From positions 1-64,000 of the IMG/VR virus record IMGVR_UViG_3300013126_000010: a DNA stretch of 64,000 nucleotides. The stretch is one strand, 5' to 3'. Below, in pieces: positions 35,953-48,900 of the stretch; positions within the stretch are counted from its first letter, which is position 1; each line of letters starts with the position of its first letter. The notes beneath the pieces were generated by a model. It saw only the letters and a program-made list of their open reading frames with translations, had not been told where the DNA came from and ran no database searches. The stretch is from a virus. The translations under genes and the position numbers were made by a program.

Positions 35953-36399
35953 ATGACATCAAATCCAAAATTATATGATAAAGTTGTTTTGCGTGAAAAA
36001 AAATCAACCACTGAATTACCAGGAACAAAAACGTATAAAGGATTTAGTACAATAACTCCATCTACAAACAATTTTTCAGTATATGATTATGCATTAATAA
36101 AACAAGATTTGATAAATCATTTTCATATTAGACAAGGTGAAAGATTAGAAAATCCAACGTTTGGTACTATAATTTGGGATGTATTATTTGAACCATTGAC
36201 TGATCAATTAATATCATTGATTACACAGGATGTACAAAATATTATAAATTATGATCCACGGTTGGTAGCTGAACAGGTGATAGTAACTACATATGATCAA
36301 GGATTGCAAATTGATTGTAGTTTAAGATATCTCCCGTATAATATAACAGAATCCTTACAATTAAAATTTGACAGAGAGAGTGGAATATTCTCTCAATGA
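35953..36399 (+). CDS. gp25: Baseplate wedge protein (T4 gp25-like)
   Basis: LIKQDLINHFHIRQGERLENPTFGTIIWDVLFEPL...DPRL. Confidence 0.9.
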   Translation: MTSNPKLYDKVVLREKKSTTELPGTKTYKGFSTITPSTNNFSVYDYALIKQDLINHFHIRQGERLENPTFGTIIWDVLFEPLTDQLISLITQDVQNIINYDPRLVAEQVIVTTYDQGLQIDCSLRYLPYNITESLQLKFDRESGIFSQ

Positions 36400-36459
36400 T
36401 ACTTCAAAAATAGTCTATTTTTTCCTGCATAAATACAGTATTATATGCGGGAAAAATAG

Positions 36460-39400
36460 ATGTCAGCAACCGATAGACAAAACAGATTATTAGTCGCAGA
36501 AGACTGGAAACGAATCTACCAAAGTTACAAAAACGCAGATTTTCAAAGTTATGATTTTGATAATCTTCGCAGGATAATGATCACTTATATCCGCGAAAAT
36601 TATCCAGAAGATTTTAATGACTATATTGAATCATCTGAATATTTGGCATTGATCGACTTAATTGCGTTTCTAGGACAAAGTATATCATTTAGAACTGATC
36701 TGAATGCACGTGAAAACTTCTTGGAATTGGCTGACAGACGAGAGAGTGTCTTGCGTCTTGCCAAACTATTGAGTTATAACCCAAAAAGAAACGTTGCAGC
36801 AACTGGGTTGCTAAAGTTCGTTTCAGTCCAAACTTCTCAAAATGTATACGATGCCAATGGTAGAAATATTGCAGGTCACACGATCCTATGGAATGACACC
36901 TCCAATCAAAACTGGTTTGATCAATTCATTAGAGTAATAAATGCCTCGTTAAGTTTAAGTAGCCAATTTGGTAATCCAGCAGGTAGTGCCACGATTTATG
37001 GTATACCAACTGAACAATATCGTTTTCAAACAAAAAGCACAGATGTACCAGTCTATTCATTCAGTAGAACTATTGAAGGGAAAAGTATGAATTTTGAAGT
37101 AGTATCAACTGGTATAAGAAATGCAGCTGATATTTACGAAGAACCACCATTGAAAGGTAACAAATTAGCATTTTTGTATAGAAATGACGGCAAAGGTTAC
37201 GGTTCCAATAATACTGGTTTTTTTGTACAATTTAAACAAGGGTCATTGGGTAGCGGGTCATTTACGTTAACACAACCATCAACAAATGAGTCTGTTGATA
37301 TTGATACTCCTAACATTAATAATAATGACGTGTGGTTGTATCAATTAGATCACGATGGAAATGAATCTACATTATGGACTGAAATTCCCGCATTGGAAGG
37401 TAATAATGTAATTTACAACAGTTTAAGTAAAGCTATTAAAAAAATATTTGCAGTATCTACTAGAACTAATGACAGAGTTAGTTTATTATTTTCAGATGGC
37501 ACATTTGGTGATCTACCAACAGGTGCATTTAGAACTTATTATAGATCAAGTAATGGATTAAATTATACTATTAATACCAAGGATATGAGAAATGTGATAT
37601 TAACATTACCTTATATTTCAAATACTAATCAATTAGAAACTATTACTATTAACATGAATTTGGTTACATCTGTTGCTAATTCAGTTGAATCAGAAACTAA
37701 TGATAGTATAAAAGTTAATGCACCGGCAACCTACTATACACAAAATAGAATGATTACTGGTGAAGATTATAATATTTCGCCATTATCTGCCACTCAAGAT
37801 GTATTAAAAATAAAATCTATTAATAGATCATCAAGTGGTATAAGTAGATATTTTGATTTGGTAGATCCTACTGGAAAATACAGTAAAACTAATTTGTTTT
37901 CAGATGATGGTGCCATTTATATTGAAAATTATACTGATAGTTTTCGATTCTCATACATGACCAAAACTGAAATAGAATATGTAATTAATAATAAAGTACT
38001 TGGTGCATTAAAATCAATAGAGTTAAGAGATTTCTATTATAATAATTTTAAAAAATATTTGACTACAACTGATATATCATGGGTGACAAGCACATTTGAT
38101 ACTAATTCATACACTGGATTATTGTATTACAACAGTGCCCCTGTTGCAGTTGGTAGCGGAGCACAATCCGGGTCATTATTGAGATTTATTACACCAGGGG
38201 CACTTTTAAAATTCAAATATTGGGATAGTGTGTATAATGGATATCGTTATAAATGGACAACAGTTTCATATGTAAGTGGTAATGGTACTACCGTTGAAAA
38301 CGGTATTGGACCAATGTATATAACAGATGATGTTCCTGCTGGAGCTGTATTAATTCAAATCATTCCAGCATTATCTACATCATTATCAACTAATTTAGTA
38401 TCTTCGTTAGTTGATTTAATATATGAAAATAAACCATTTGGTCTTAGGTATGATATTGAAACCACCTCATGGAAAATAATTTATGATGTTGATTTGAATA
38501 AATCTGGTGATTTTAGTTTATTAGAGACAGGAAACACTAGTAGACGACACAAAGATAGCAGCTGGTTGTTATTATTTACTACCGACACCGAATACTATAC
38601 TGTAAAACAGCGATTGCTTCGATACGTATTTGAAAGTGAGAATCAAGTAAGATTCTATTTTAATAAAGGCAGTAAAATATACGATAGTAGAAGTAATATT
38701 GTTGTAAAAGATCAGATTAAAATTTTAGGAATTAATATCCAAAACCAAGGAGAGGAACCAAATGATAGAATATGGGAAATAAGTAATCAATTTTATGGTG
38801 CTGATGGATATGTAGATAATAAGAAAATACAATTAAGTTTTTCTGACACTGACGATGATGGTATAGTTGATAATCCTTCTATATTTGATGAGTATGTTAC
38901 TAATAACGAATACATAGTTCAAAAAGGTTATGATACTGACATTGGCTATGAATATAAACTTTCAACTGATGTATACAGATATACTAAACTTGGTGGTGTA
39001 TTAGTTGGTGGCATTACTGAAGATGGTTTTGCAGTAGTACATGACGTTATTATAGTTGACAATGATACCGTTGATTTAACAGAATATTTTATAGGCACCG
39101 ATGATACTCATGCAGTTGAGTTATATTTTTATATAGTGAGTAGTAAAGTTGTAAAAAAATTAGTTTGGGATACTAGTACTACTAAAAAGTTGATTCTGTC
39201 AACCGAACGTAAAGTTTATAATGGAAAAGAAAAGGTAAAATTTCAATATATCCATAATGCAACAAATGATGCTAGGATTGATCCAGGTTTGACAAATATA
39301 ATGGATGTATATGTTTTAACAAAGCAATACGATACTGCGTATAGACAATGGGTTGCCGGGGCAATATTAGATAAACCATTGCCGCCAAGTTCTGATTCAT

Positions 39401-39909
39401 TATATGCATTGATGTCTACTAAATTGAATAAAATAAAATCAATTAGTGATGAAATTGTTTATCATCCAGTCAAATTCAAAATATTATTTGGACAAAAATC
39501 TAATCCAGATGTTCGTGCAACATTTAAAGTTGTCAAAAATTCAGAAATAGTAATTAGTGATAATGATGTAAAATCACAAGTTTTGACTGCTATAAATACA
39601 TTTTTTAATTTAGAGAATTGGGATTTTGGTGATAAATTTCATTTTAGTGAATTACAAACATATGTAATGAATCAAGTATCACCATATGTAGTGAACTTTA
39701 TTATAGTACCAACAATGACAGAATTAACATTTGGTAGTTTGTATGAAATAAATGCAGAAAAAGATGAAATATTTATCAATGGTGCGACAATAGATGATAT
39801 TGAAATAATTAATTCAATAACTGCATCAAAAATAAAAAGTGCAGGACAAATAGCACTTGAAACTACAGGTGTTACAAATATAACAATAACAAGCTCAAGG
39901 AATAACTAA
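36460..39909 (+). CDS. gp6: Baseplate wedge protein (T4 gp6-like)
   Basis: DFDNLR...DFNDYIESSE..ALIDLIAF...RESVLRLAKLLSYNPKR; APATYYTQNRMITGEDY; late promoter CATAAATA at 36428-36435. Confidence 0.88.
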   Translation: MSATDRQNRLLVAEDWKRIYQSYKNADFQSYDFDNLRRIMITYIRENYPEDFNDYIESSEYLALIDLIAFLGQSISFRTDLNARENFLELADRRESVLRLAKLLSYNPKRNVAATGLLKFVSVQTSQNVYDANGRNIAGHTILWNDTSNQNWFDQFIRVINASLSLSSQFGNPAGSATIYGIPTEQYRFQTKSTDVPVYSFSRTIEGKSMNFEVVSTGIRNAADIYEEPPLKGNKLAFLYRNDGKGYGSNNTGFFVQFKQGSLGSGSFTLTQPSTNESVDIDTPNINNNDVWLYQLDHDGNESTLWTEIPALEGNNVIYNSLSKAIKKIFAVSTRTNDRVSLLFSDGTFGDLPTGAFRTYYRSSNGLNYTINTKDMRNVILTLPYISNTNQLETITINMNLVTSVANSVESETNDSIKVNAPATYYTQNRMITGEDYNISPLSATQDVLKIKSINRSSSGISRYFDLVDPTGKYSKTNLFSDDGAIYIENYTDSFRFSYMTKTEIEYVINNKVLGALKSIELRDFYYNNFKKYLTTTDISWVTSTFDTNSYTGLLYYNSAPVAVGSGAQSGSLLRFITPGALLKFKYWDSVYNGYRYKWTTVSYVSGNGTTVENGIGPMYITDDVPAGAVLIQIIPALSTSLSTNLVSSLVDLIYENKPFGLRYDIETTSWKIIYDVDLNKSGDFSLLETGNTSRRHKDSSWLLLFTTDTEYYTVKQRLLRYVFESENQVRFYFNKGSKIYDSRSNIVVKDQIKILGINIQNQGEEPNDRIWEISNQFYGADGYVDNKKIQLSFSDTDDDGIVDNPSIFDEYVTNNEYIVQKGYDTDIGYEYKLSTDVYRYTKLGGVLVGGITEDGFAVVHDVIIVDNDTVDLTEYFIGTDDTHAVELYFYIVSSKVVKKLVWDTSTTKKLILSTERKVYNGKEKVKFQYIHNATNDARIDPGLTNIMDVYVLTKQYDTAYRQWVAGAILDKPLPPSSDSLYALMSTKLNKIKSISDEIVYHPVKFKILFGQKSNPDVRATFKVVKNSEIVISDNDVKSQVLTAINTFFNLENWDFGDKFHFSELQTYVMNQVSPYVVNFIIVPTMTELTFGSLYEINAEKDEIFINGATIDDIEIINSITASKIKSAGQIALETTGVTNITITSSRNN

Positions 39910-42900
39910 TGTCATATAATGATCAAAATGAACAAGGATTGCCAGCGGGTTCTTCACAAAAACGCCGCACTGCTTCTCTATTACCACAAGTATATAGAAC
40001 AGATAGTAATAGGAAATTTTTGCAATCTACGTTGGATCAATTAACACAACCGGGAACAGTTAAAAAAATCAATGGTTACATTGGAAGACAATATTCAAAA
40101 TCCACCACTAGTTCTGATATATTCTTAACAACTACAGATGCTGAACGTAGTTCATATCAATTGGAACCCGCAGCTGTAATCAAAGATGAGCTTGGAAATG
40201 TTAAATTCTACAAAGATTATATAGATCATATTAACCATATAGAACTGTTTAATGGTAATACTAAAAATCATGCACGTATTAATGATGAACAAGTCTACTC
40301 ATGGAATCCACATATAGATTTTGATAAATTTACTAATTATCAAAATTATTACTGGATGCCGTATGGACCAAAGCCTATAAATGTATATGGTGCATTAGGT
40401 GATATTGAAACAACAATGCCAGTATCGATAGTCGATGATGGTGATAATTTTTCATATGTATTTGACAAAGAAATCCAGACACGTAACCCAGAATTGGTAT
40501 TATACAGAGGTCAGACTTATATATTTGACATCATTAGTAAAAACAATCCATTTTATATTAAAACATCAAGATTGACGGGTATAGATGATATCTATGCCGG
40601 TAATATTTTGAATAATGGAATAGAATCAGGTAAATTGACAATTACCATTGACAGAAATACACCAAATATATTGTATTATGTTAGTAAAAATGATGAAAAT
40701 TTGAGCGGTGTTATCCGAATACTAGATTTAGATGAGAATAGTTCGTTAAATGTTGAAACTGATATTTTATATAAATCATCATATAAAATGCAAAATGGAT
40801 ATTATTTGTCCAATGGGATGAAATTAAAATTCCATGGAAACATCACCCCAACAAAATATTCTACTGGATATTGGTATGTGGAAGGTGTTGGTTCAAATAT
40901 ACAATTAATATCAGAAAATGATATTGCTCTTCCTAGCACAATCAGAAACTCTAAATTTGATTATGATCCGTTTGATTCTACTGCATTTGATATGCAGAAA
41001 TCTTTTCCACATGGTAAGGATTATATTGTTATCAACAGAGCATCCATGGATAGGAACGCATGGTCTAGATCGAATAGATGGTTTCACCAAGATGTTATTA
41101 TACAATCTGCTGAATTAAATAATGTATCTCCAGATTTAGATCAGTCATTTAGAGCTATTAGACCTATTATTGAATTCGAACCAAATATAAAGCTTGTTAA
41201 TTTTGGGCATAAGTGTAAATCAGATATTGATTTAATTGATTTTGAAACAAAAGATGTATTTTCTACGATAGAAGGTTCGTTAACACATTACGTAGATGGT
41301 GTGAAACTAGCAAATGGTATGAGAGTTATATTTGCAGCTGATACTGATAGCATGGTTAATGGAAAAATATACAAAGTAGAATATGTAACTATTAATGTTC
41401 CTGGTAGAACAGTAGGTTTTTCTATAGCAGGCGTAAATATTGGTGATAATACTATTTCATTTACTGAATCACATGGGTTCCAAGATGGTATCCAAATAAC
41501 ATATGTGAATAATGGCTTTCCAGATTTGGGAGGATTAATTAATAGAAACATTTATTTTGTTAAAGTAATATCAGAAAAAGTAATTAAGCTATTTAAAGAT
41601 GTTGGGTTACAGATTCCAGTATATATTTCATCGTTGGGCACAAATAGTTCATTAGTCCAACAAAGTTTTGAAATCTACTTAGGAAGACGTAGACAAATAA
41701 TGTTAATTGAGGAAGAAGATACAAACCCACTAACAAATGAGATTGTATTAGTAAAGAATGGTAAATCTAATATTGGTAAAATATTTTGGTATAATGGTAC
41801 CAATTGGACTCAAGGACAAGAAAAAAATAGTACAAATCAATCTCCGCTATTCGACGTATTTGATTCAAATAAACAAAGTTATATGGATGCAACAGTATAT
41901 CCATCATCTACATTTATTGGTACAAAACTATTTTCTTATAAAAGTGGAACAGGTCTCATTGATACAGAATTAGGGTTTCCATTAACATATAGAAGCATTA
42001 ATAACATTGGTGATATTTCATTTGATTTTAATTTATTGAGTGATTCATTTAATTACACTACTGGTAGTAAATTGATATCTCATAATATTTCAGATGGGTA
42101 CTTACAACGAATAAAAACTCTTGAAGACGTGGACTATATTAATGGATGGGATTTATGTTCGGTATCTGATATACAAGGTATTATTAGAATATACAAAAAC
42201 ACCACTATAACCAGCGATTTTTTAATTGATGTTTTTGACACTATACCTGCAGATAATGATTTAAGGGTGAAAGTTTACAAAAATGGAGTTAAGTTATCAA
42301 ATTCTGAATATTCTGTTGAAAGTAAAAATTATAAAAAATATGTTGTATTATCTACTCCTGCATTAGCGTCTGATATTATAACATTGAAATTGTATTCTAC
42401 ACGATATAAGAATGAAAATGGTTTTTATGAAATACCAATTAGTTTACAAAATAATCCATTGAATAATGACATTACTCAGTTTACTTTGGGACAAGTTGTT
42501 GATCATGTTAATGGTATAACAGAAAATATACCTGGGTTTGATGGGATTTTTCCAGGTTCTAGTAACTTGCGTGATCTAGCCGCTGTTCATCAATATGGTA
42601 CTAGATTTGTTCAGCATTTATGCCCAATGAATTTTAGTTTGTACCACCTTGGGTCAAAATCAGCTAATTTGGTAGAGGCTATTGTTGCTGCGGGGGATGA
42701 TTATGGAAAATTCAAACGTGCATTCTTGACAGTTGCAAATCAATTAGGAATACATACCGAACCTAAAGAACATGTTGATGCCATATTAGCAGAAATTACG
42801 AAAAATAAAGCTACATCATCGTCTTATTATTTGTCAGATATGATTGCATATACTGGCACTGTTAAAAATGAGTACATAGTGCTAGATGCTAGGACTACTG

Positions 42901-45900
42901 CATACCCATTATCAAGAACATTTTCAATGAATGTGTTGTCGAATAATGCTGTATTAGTATACTTGAATGGTGTTCAACTATTGCATGGTACTGATTATGT
43001 ATTTTATGATGATTTTGTTGATATTTCCACACAACTTGCTGAAGATGATGTAATTACAGTATTTGAGTATGACTCTACGGACGGTTCATGTTGTCCACCA
43101 ACACCAACTAAATTAGGGTTATATCCAAAATTTGAACCTAAAATTTATATTGATAATACTTATTTAGAACCAACAAAAGTAATTCAAGGGCACGATGGAA
43201 GTATCACAGTGGCATTTAATGACTACAGGGATGATTTAATATTAGAATTAGAAAAACGCATTTATAATAATATTAAAATTAGTTACAATGCGTCGATGTT
43301 TGATATTAATGATTATATCCCAGGATATAATAGAACAACTGATTATACTCGTGAAGAAGTGAATGAAATAATTAGCCAGTCATTCTATCAATGGACCGGT
43401 TTGGTAATTGTAGATTTCACAAAAAATCAAGCATTTGATAGAGAAAATCCATTTACATATAACTATTTTGAAAATTATGCACCGAATGGAACAAATATAC
43501 CATCATATTGGAGAGGTATATTTAACTGGATGTATGATACAGATAGACCACATCTGTGCCCATGGGAAATGCTAGGGTTTTCAGAAATACCAGTATGGTG
43601 GGAGTCAACGTATGGTCCTGCTCCGTATACTAGTAATAATGAAATATTATGGGATGATATTAAACAGGGGATAATTAGAGAACCTGGACGACCTGTAGTG
43701 GTTAATGAAAAGTATATTAGATCCGTATTAGAATTTGGGTTACCTGTTGATGAAAATGGGTCGTTGGTCGATCCTATTCAATCAGGGATTGCATTAGGTG
43801 TGGTAAACATGTCTGGTAATTCTCATTTTATAATTGGTGATGGTAGCCCCGTAGAAACAACATGGAAAAAGTCTAGTTATTTTCCCTTTGCATTATTACG
43901 TGCTATATTGGTAATGAAACCAAATGATGTAATAGGTAAATGTTTTGATAGAAGTAGAATCCATAAAAATATTGTTGGACAATATGTATATACTACTGGT
44001 AAAAGAATTATATTGCAGGATTTGGTTATACCATCTACTTATACAAGTGATAATCGTGTACAAACATCCGGTTTGGTAAATTATTTGGTTGAATTTATTA
44101 ATAGTGAAGTCCAAGTAAGATTAACAGATTATATTTCTGATTTACAATTATTAACTAATAATATCAGTTCAAAGATGGGAGGATTTAGTTCAAAAGAAAA
44201 ATATAGATTATTGATGGACTCTAAATCACCAACAACTCCAAGTGGAAATTTTGTACCAGAGGAAAATTATCAGATATTTCTGAATACATCATCAGTGGTG
44301 AGAAAAGCAGTATATAGTGGTGTAGTTATAACCAAGACTTCGGAAGGATTTGAAGTAAAAGGATATAGTATTGATACTCCGTATTTTAATGTGAACCCAT
44401 TTTTGGATTCTGGTAGAACTATCCGAATCGGTGGGATATCAGAAAGCTTCGTTGAATGGACACCAAGTACATATTATGTGGCAGGTAAAGTAATTGACAA
44501 TAATGGAAGGTATTATAGAGTTAATACTACCCATCGTTCAGGTGATGCATTCGAACCAAGTTATTTTAACGTCATGGCTGAATTACCAGTATATGGTGGC
44601 GCAGAAGTTACTCTACGTAAATCGTGGGACACCAGAATATCTACTGTGGTGAATTATGGTACATTGTTAGATACTGTTCAAGATGTTGCTGACTTTTTAC
44701 AAGGATATGGATCATATTTGGAAAATCAAGGATTTATATTTGATAGTTATTCATCAGATATTCAAAATGTTTACAACTGGCAGATGATGGTCAAGGAATT
44801 TCTATTTTGGACAACACAAAATTGGCCAGAAAATTCTGTTATATCATTAAGCCCATCTGCTGAAAAATTAAAATTAAAAATACCATATACTGTTGTAAAT
44901 GATATAAATGATCCATTCTTTAAGTACGAAGTTATGGATGTTAGTGGTAAGCCAATTGATTATACAAAATTGTCCACTTACCGAGATGGGTCCGAGTTTA
45001 CATTAACTAGTACAGATGCGAACATCGGTGTCTATGGTGCTACGTTATATGCGGTTCAAAAAGAGCATGTGTTAATATTAGATAACAAAACCATATTTAA
45101 TGATGTTATATATGATTTAGAGCCTGGATACCGTCAAGAACGAATCAAAGTATTAGGCTATATCTCTCGTAATTGGGATGGTGGTTTTGATATACCAGGA
45201 TTTATCTTTGATCAGGCAAACGTGTATGATTGGGAGCCATGGACAGATTATCATTTTGGTGACACTGTAAAACATAAAGAGTTTTATTATAGTGCAAAGT
45301 ATTTTATACCAGGGACAGTAGAGTTCAATGTATATGATTGGGTAAAACAATCAGACAAACCAGTTTCTAGGATGCTACCTAATTGGGATTATAAAGCTGA
45401 ACAGTTTACTGATTTTTATGATTTAGATACTGATAATTTTGATTCTCAGCAACAAAAAATGGCACAACATTTAATTGGGTATCAGAAACGTCAGTATTTG
45501 GAAAATATTATCAAAGATGACGTGAGCCAATATAAATTTTATCAAGGAATGATTATTGAGAAAGGTACTGCAAATGTGTTCAGTAAACTGTTTGACGTAT
45601 TAAGTGCTACTGATAAAAACAGTGTTGATTTTGATGAAGAATGGGCAATTAGAGTTGGTGAGTATGGTGCAGTAGATGTATTCGATACGGTTGAAATACA
45701 ACTAGATGAGACTAAATTTGTAATGAACCCACAAGGTATTGAGTTTGTACCAGCGATTATTCCTGACATTCAAGATCATATCTACAGGTTTACCAAGGAT
45801 TCTATCTACATAAATCCTAAAGACGTAGATGATAATACAGTTGTTAAATGGAAAGAAAAAATACAATCTGGTACATTACGTACTCCTGGATATGTTAGAT

Positions 45901-48900
45901 ATGATGATGTTGATTATAGTATTGATAAATTAGAAGATTTATTAGACACTGATGTTAATTTATATTCAGAGCATCAGATATTCTGGTGTGCGTTTAATGA
46001 TAAATTACATGATTCTAATTTTAGATATTGGGATGTATATAGTTTTGAAAAGTATATAGGAACATGGACCTCGATTTGTGAAGAATCACAGGTTATGAAA
46101 ATATCATTAGATCCGCTGTCACTTATTAATATATCAGCTGGCGATGTTATTGGTATTAAATCAGGCAATTTTACTAAATTCGTTATAGCTGATATTAATA
46201 CTACTAGTGATACATTAACTATCGTTGATAATAATTTTTCTATTAATGATACATTATCAAACATTGAAATATATGTTTTTAATTCATTGAGATATGGTAA
46301 CCAGTTATCTCAGAGTGACTTTGTATCACAAATGAGCCAATGGAATCCATCAGTAAAATATATATGGGGTGATTGGGTACAAAATGGTGTGACACAAGGT
46401 TGGGAAGTATACAAAAATAATGGATCATTATTTGATAATACTATTTTGTATTCTGTTGATGATATTGTAGTTTACAATAATTCATATTATATTGTTATTG
46501 CAGAAAGTATAGGACATTTACCAACTGATACATCTTATTTTGAATTATATGTTGGTGATAAATGGTCCATTCATCATTCAAGTGAATGGACCATAGACTC
46601 ATCTATTATCAAAAAGGCGTATTTGTATAATAAAGATACGAGTGAGTTAGTCAGATATATTGATTTAGTAGATGTTGTCAATGGTAAGATACCTGGGATA
46701 GCTGATCAAGAAATAAAATATAAAATGTATAATGACCCAGCGGTATATTCCGTTGGAACAGCAAACGTTAAAGTATTACCAGAAGCTAATTGGGGGGCAA
46801 CTCAAGTAGGACAGCTGTGGTGGGATTTGACACGTGCCAAATTCATTGTAAGCAACGACAATGAAATTGAATATAGAACTAATACATGGAATCAATTGTA
46901 TAAATCTGCTAGTATTGATATATTTGAATGGGTTGAATCATCTATCCTCCCAGCAGATTGGGATGATTTAGATGGTACAGAAGAAGGATTGGCGCTTGGA
47001 ATAAGTGGAAGATCAAAATATGGAAATTCTTCTTACTCAGTTGTCACAAAGTTTGATAATGTAACAGGGATCTATTACAACACCTATTATTTTTGGGTTA
47101 AGGGAAAACAAATTACACCAAACGTGGGATTTAGAAATATAGATGCATACAATGTTGCAGCTATCATTGGTAGCCCAGAAAATACTGGATATCCTTGTAT
47201 ATCAGTAACCAGTACGTCATCATTTATATTAACAAATATAGAACAATACCTGGACCAAACTAACATCATATTAGTTATTGAATACTGGAATGTAGATAAA
47301 GTAGACGCTAATTATCATACAGAATGGAAATTGGTGAGTGAAAACATTAATACGGAGTTACCAACGCACATTGAGCAAAAGTGGATTGATAGTTTAATTG
47401 GTTATGATTATAATGAGAATCGTATACCGGATTACTCACTAAAACCAAAACAACGGTATGGTATTGAAAATAAACCACGTCAGTCAATGTTTATTAATAG
47501 GTTGGAAGCACTTAAACAGGTTATTGAACGAACTAATAATGTATTAAAGACTAATTTAATAGCAGATGATTTTGATTTGTCGCCGTTAATGAAATATGAT
47601 TTGCCACCATCATCGGTGTCTGGTAAATGGGATGTAACGGTTGATTACGACACAGAACTTCAGTATATTGGAACGGCATTATTAAAACAAGCAGAAATAT
47701 CCTTATATATTGTTGATGGTAGAATAGAGGCTGTTAATATAACAGATCCTGGATATGGCTATGTAAACCCACCAGAAGTTGTTATTGCTGGTAATAATGG
47801 ATGTAATAATCAAGCGAAAATTATTTTAACATTGGATAACAACGGGTCGGTATCAACTGCTGAAATCATTGATCATGGTGAAAATTACACTGACGAAACT
47901 GTTGCGACTATTAGACGATTTGCAGTATTGGTTCTAAGTGATAGCCAGAATGAAGACAGATGGGTTATTAGACATTGGTATGAAAATTATAAAAGCTGGT
48001 TGGTACGTCAGGTACGAAAATATGACGTAAGAAAGTGTTGGTATTATATTGACTGGTACGCTACTGGTTATAATCAATTTACTAGTATAAACCATGTAGT
48101 TGATAATACTTCACAATTATATACCAGTTCACATAATATTGGTGATATTGTTAAAGTAAAAAACATTGGAACTGGTGGATGGTTATTATTACAAAAGTAT
48201 AATGAGTTAGTTACTACAGATTATACTAAAATATATAATGTTATTGGTAGGGAAAATGGAACTATCCAATTCTCTGATATATTGTATGATTATGATACTA
48301 ATATATTTCCAGGAACTATCCAAAATCCAGACCCATATGCATTCAATTTACGAAATGAATTGAGAGTTATATTGTCGGCAATAAAAGATAATTTATTAGT
48401 TGATAATTTACGTATTGAATATTTGAAATTATTTTTTGCATCAGTTCGTTATATACTATCTGAACAAATATACACTGACTGGATATTTAAATCATCATTT
48501 ATTAAAGTTACGCATAATGTTGGAGAATTAAAACAAAAAGTAACGTATAATAGTGACAACTTGGAAAGTTTTGAAGATTATATAAATGAAATTAAACCAT
48601 ATAGAACCAAAATTCGTGAATATGTAAGCGTGTATGATGGTTATGATAACTCTAATTCTAATATAACTGATTTTGATTTTCCATCGGTGGTTACATCAGA
48701 CAATATTTACGCCACGATCAATAATTATGTAAGTGAAGATGGAACATTAGTAGTAGATGATAACTATTATACTAATATTAGTCCATGGAAATCATGGTAT
48801 GATAATATAGGATTTAAAGTATCATCGATTAATATCATAGATGGCGGGTCAGGCTATACCAAAGCACCAATAGTAAGATTTATTGGTGGTTATGGAAAGA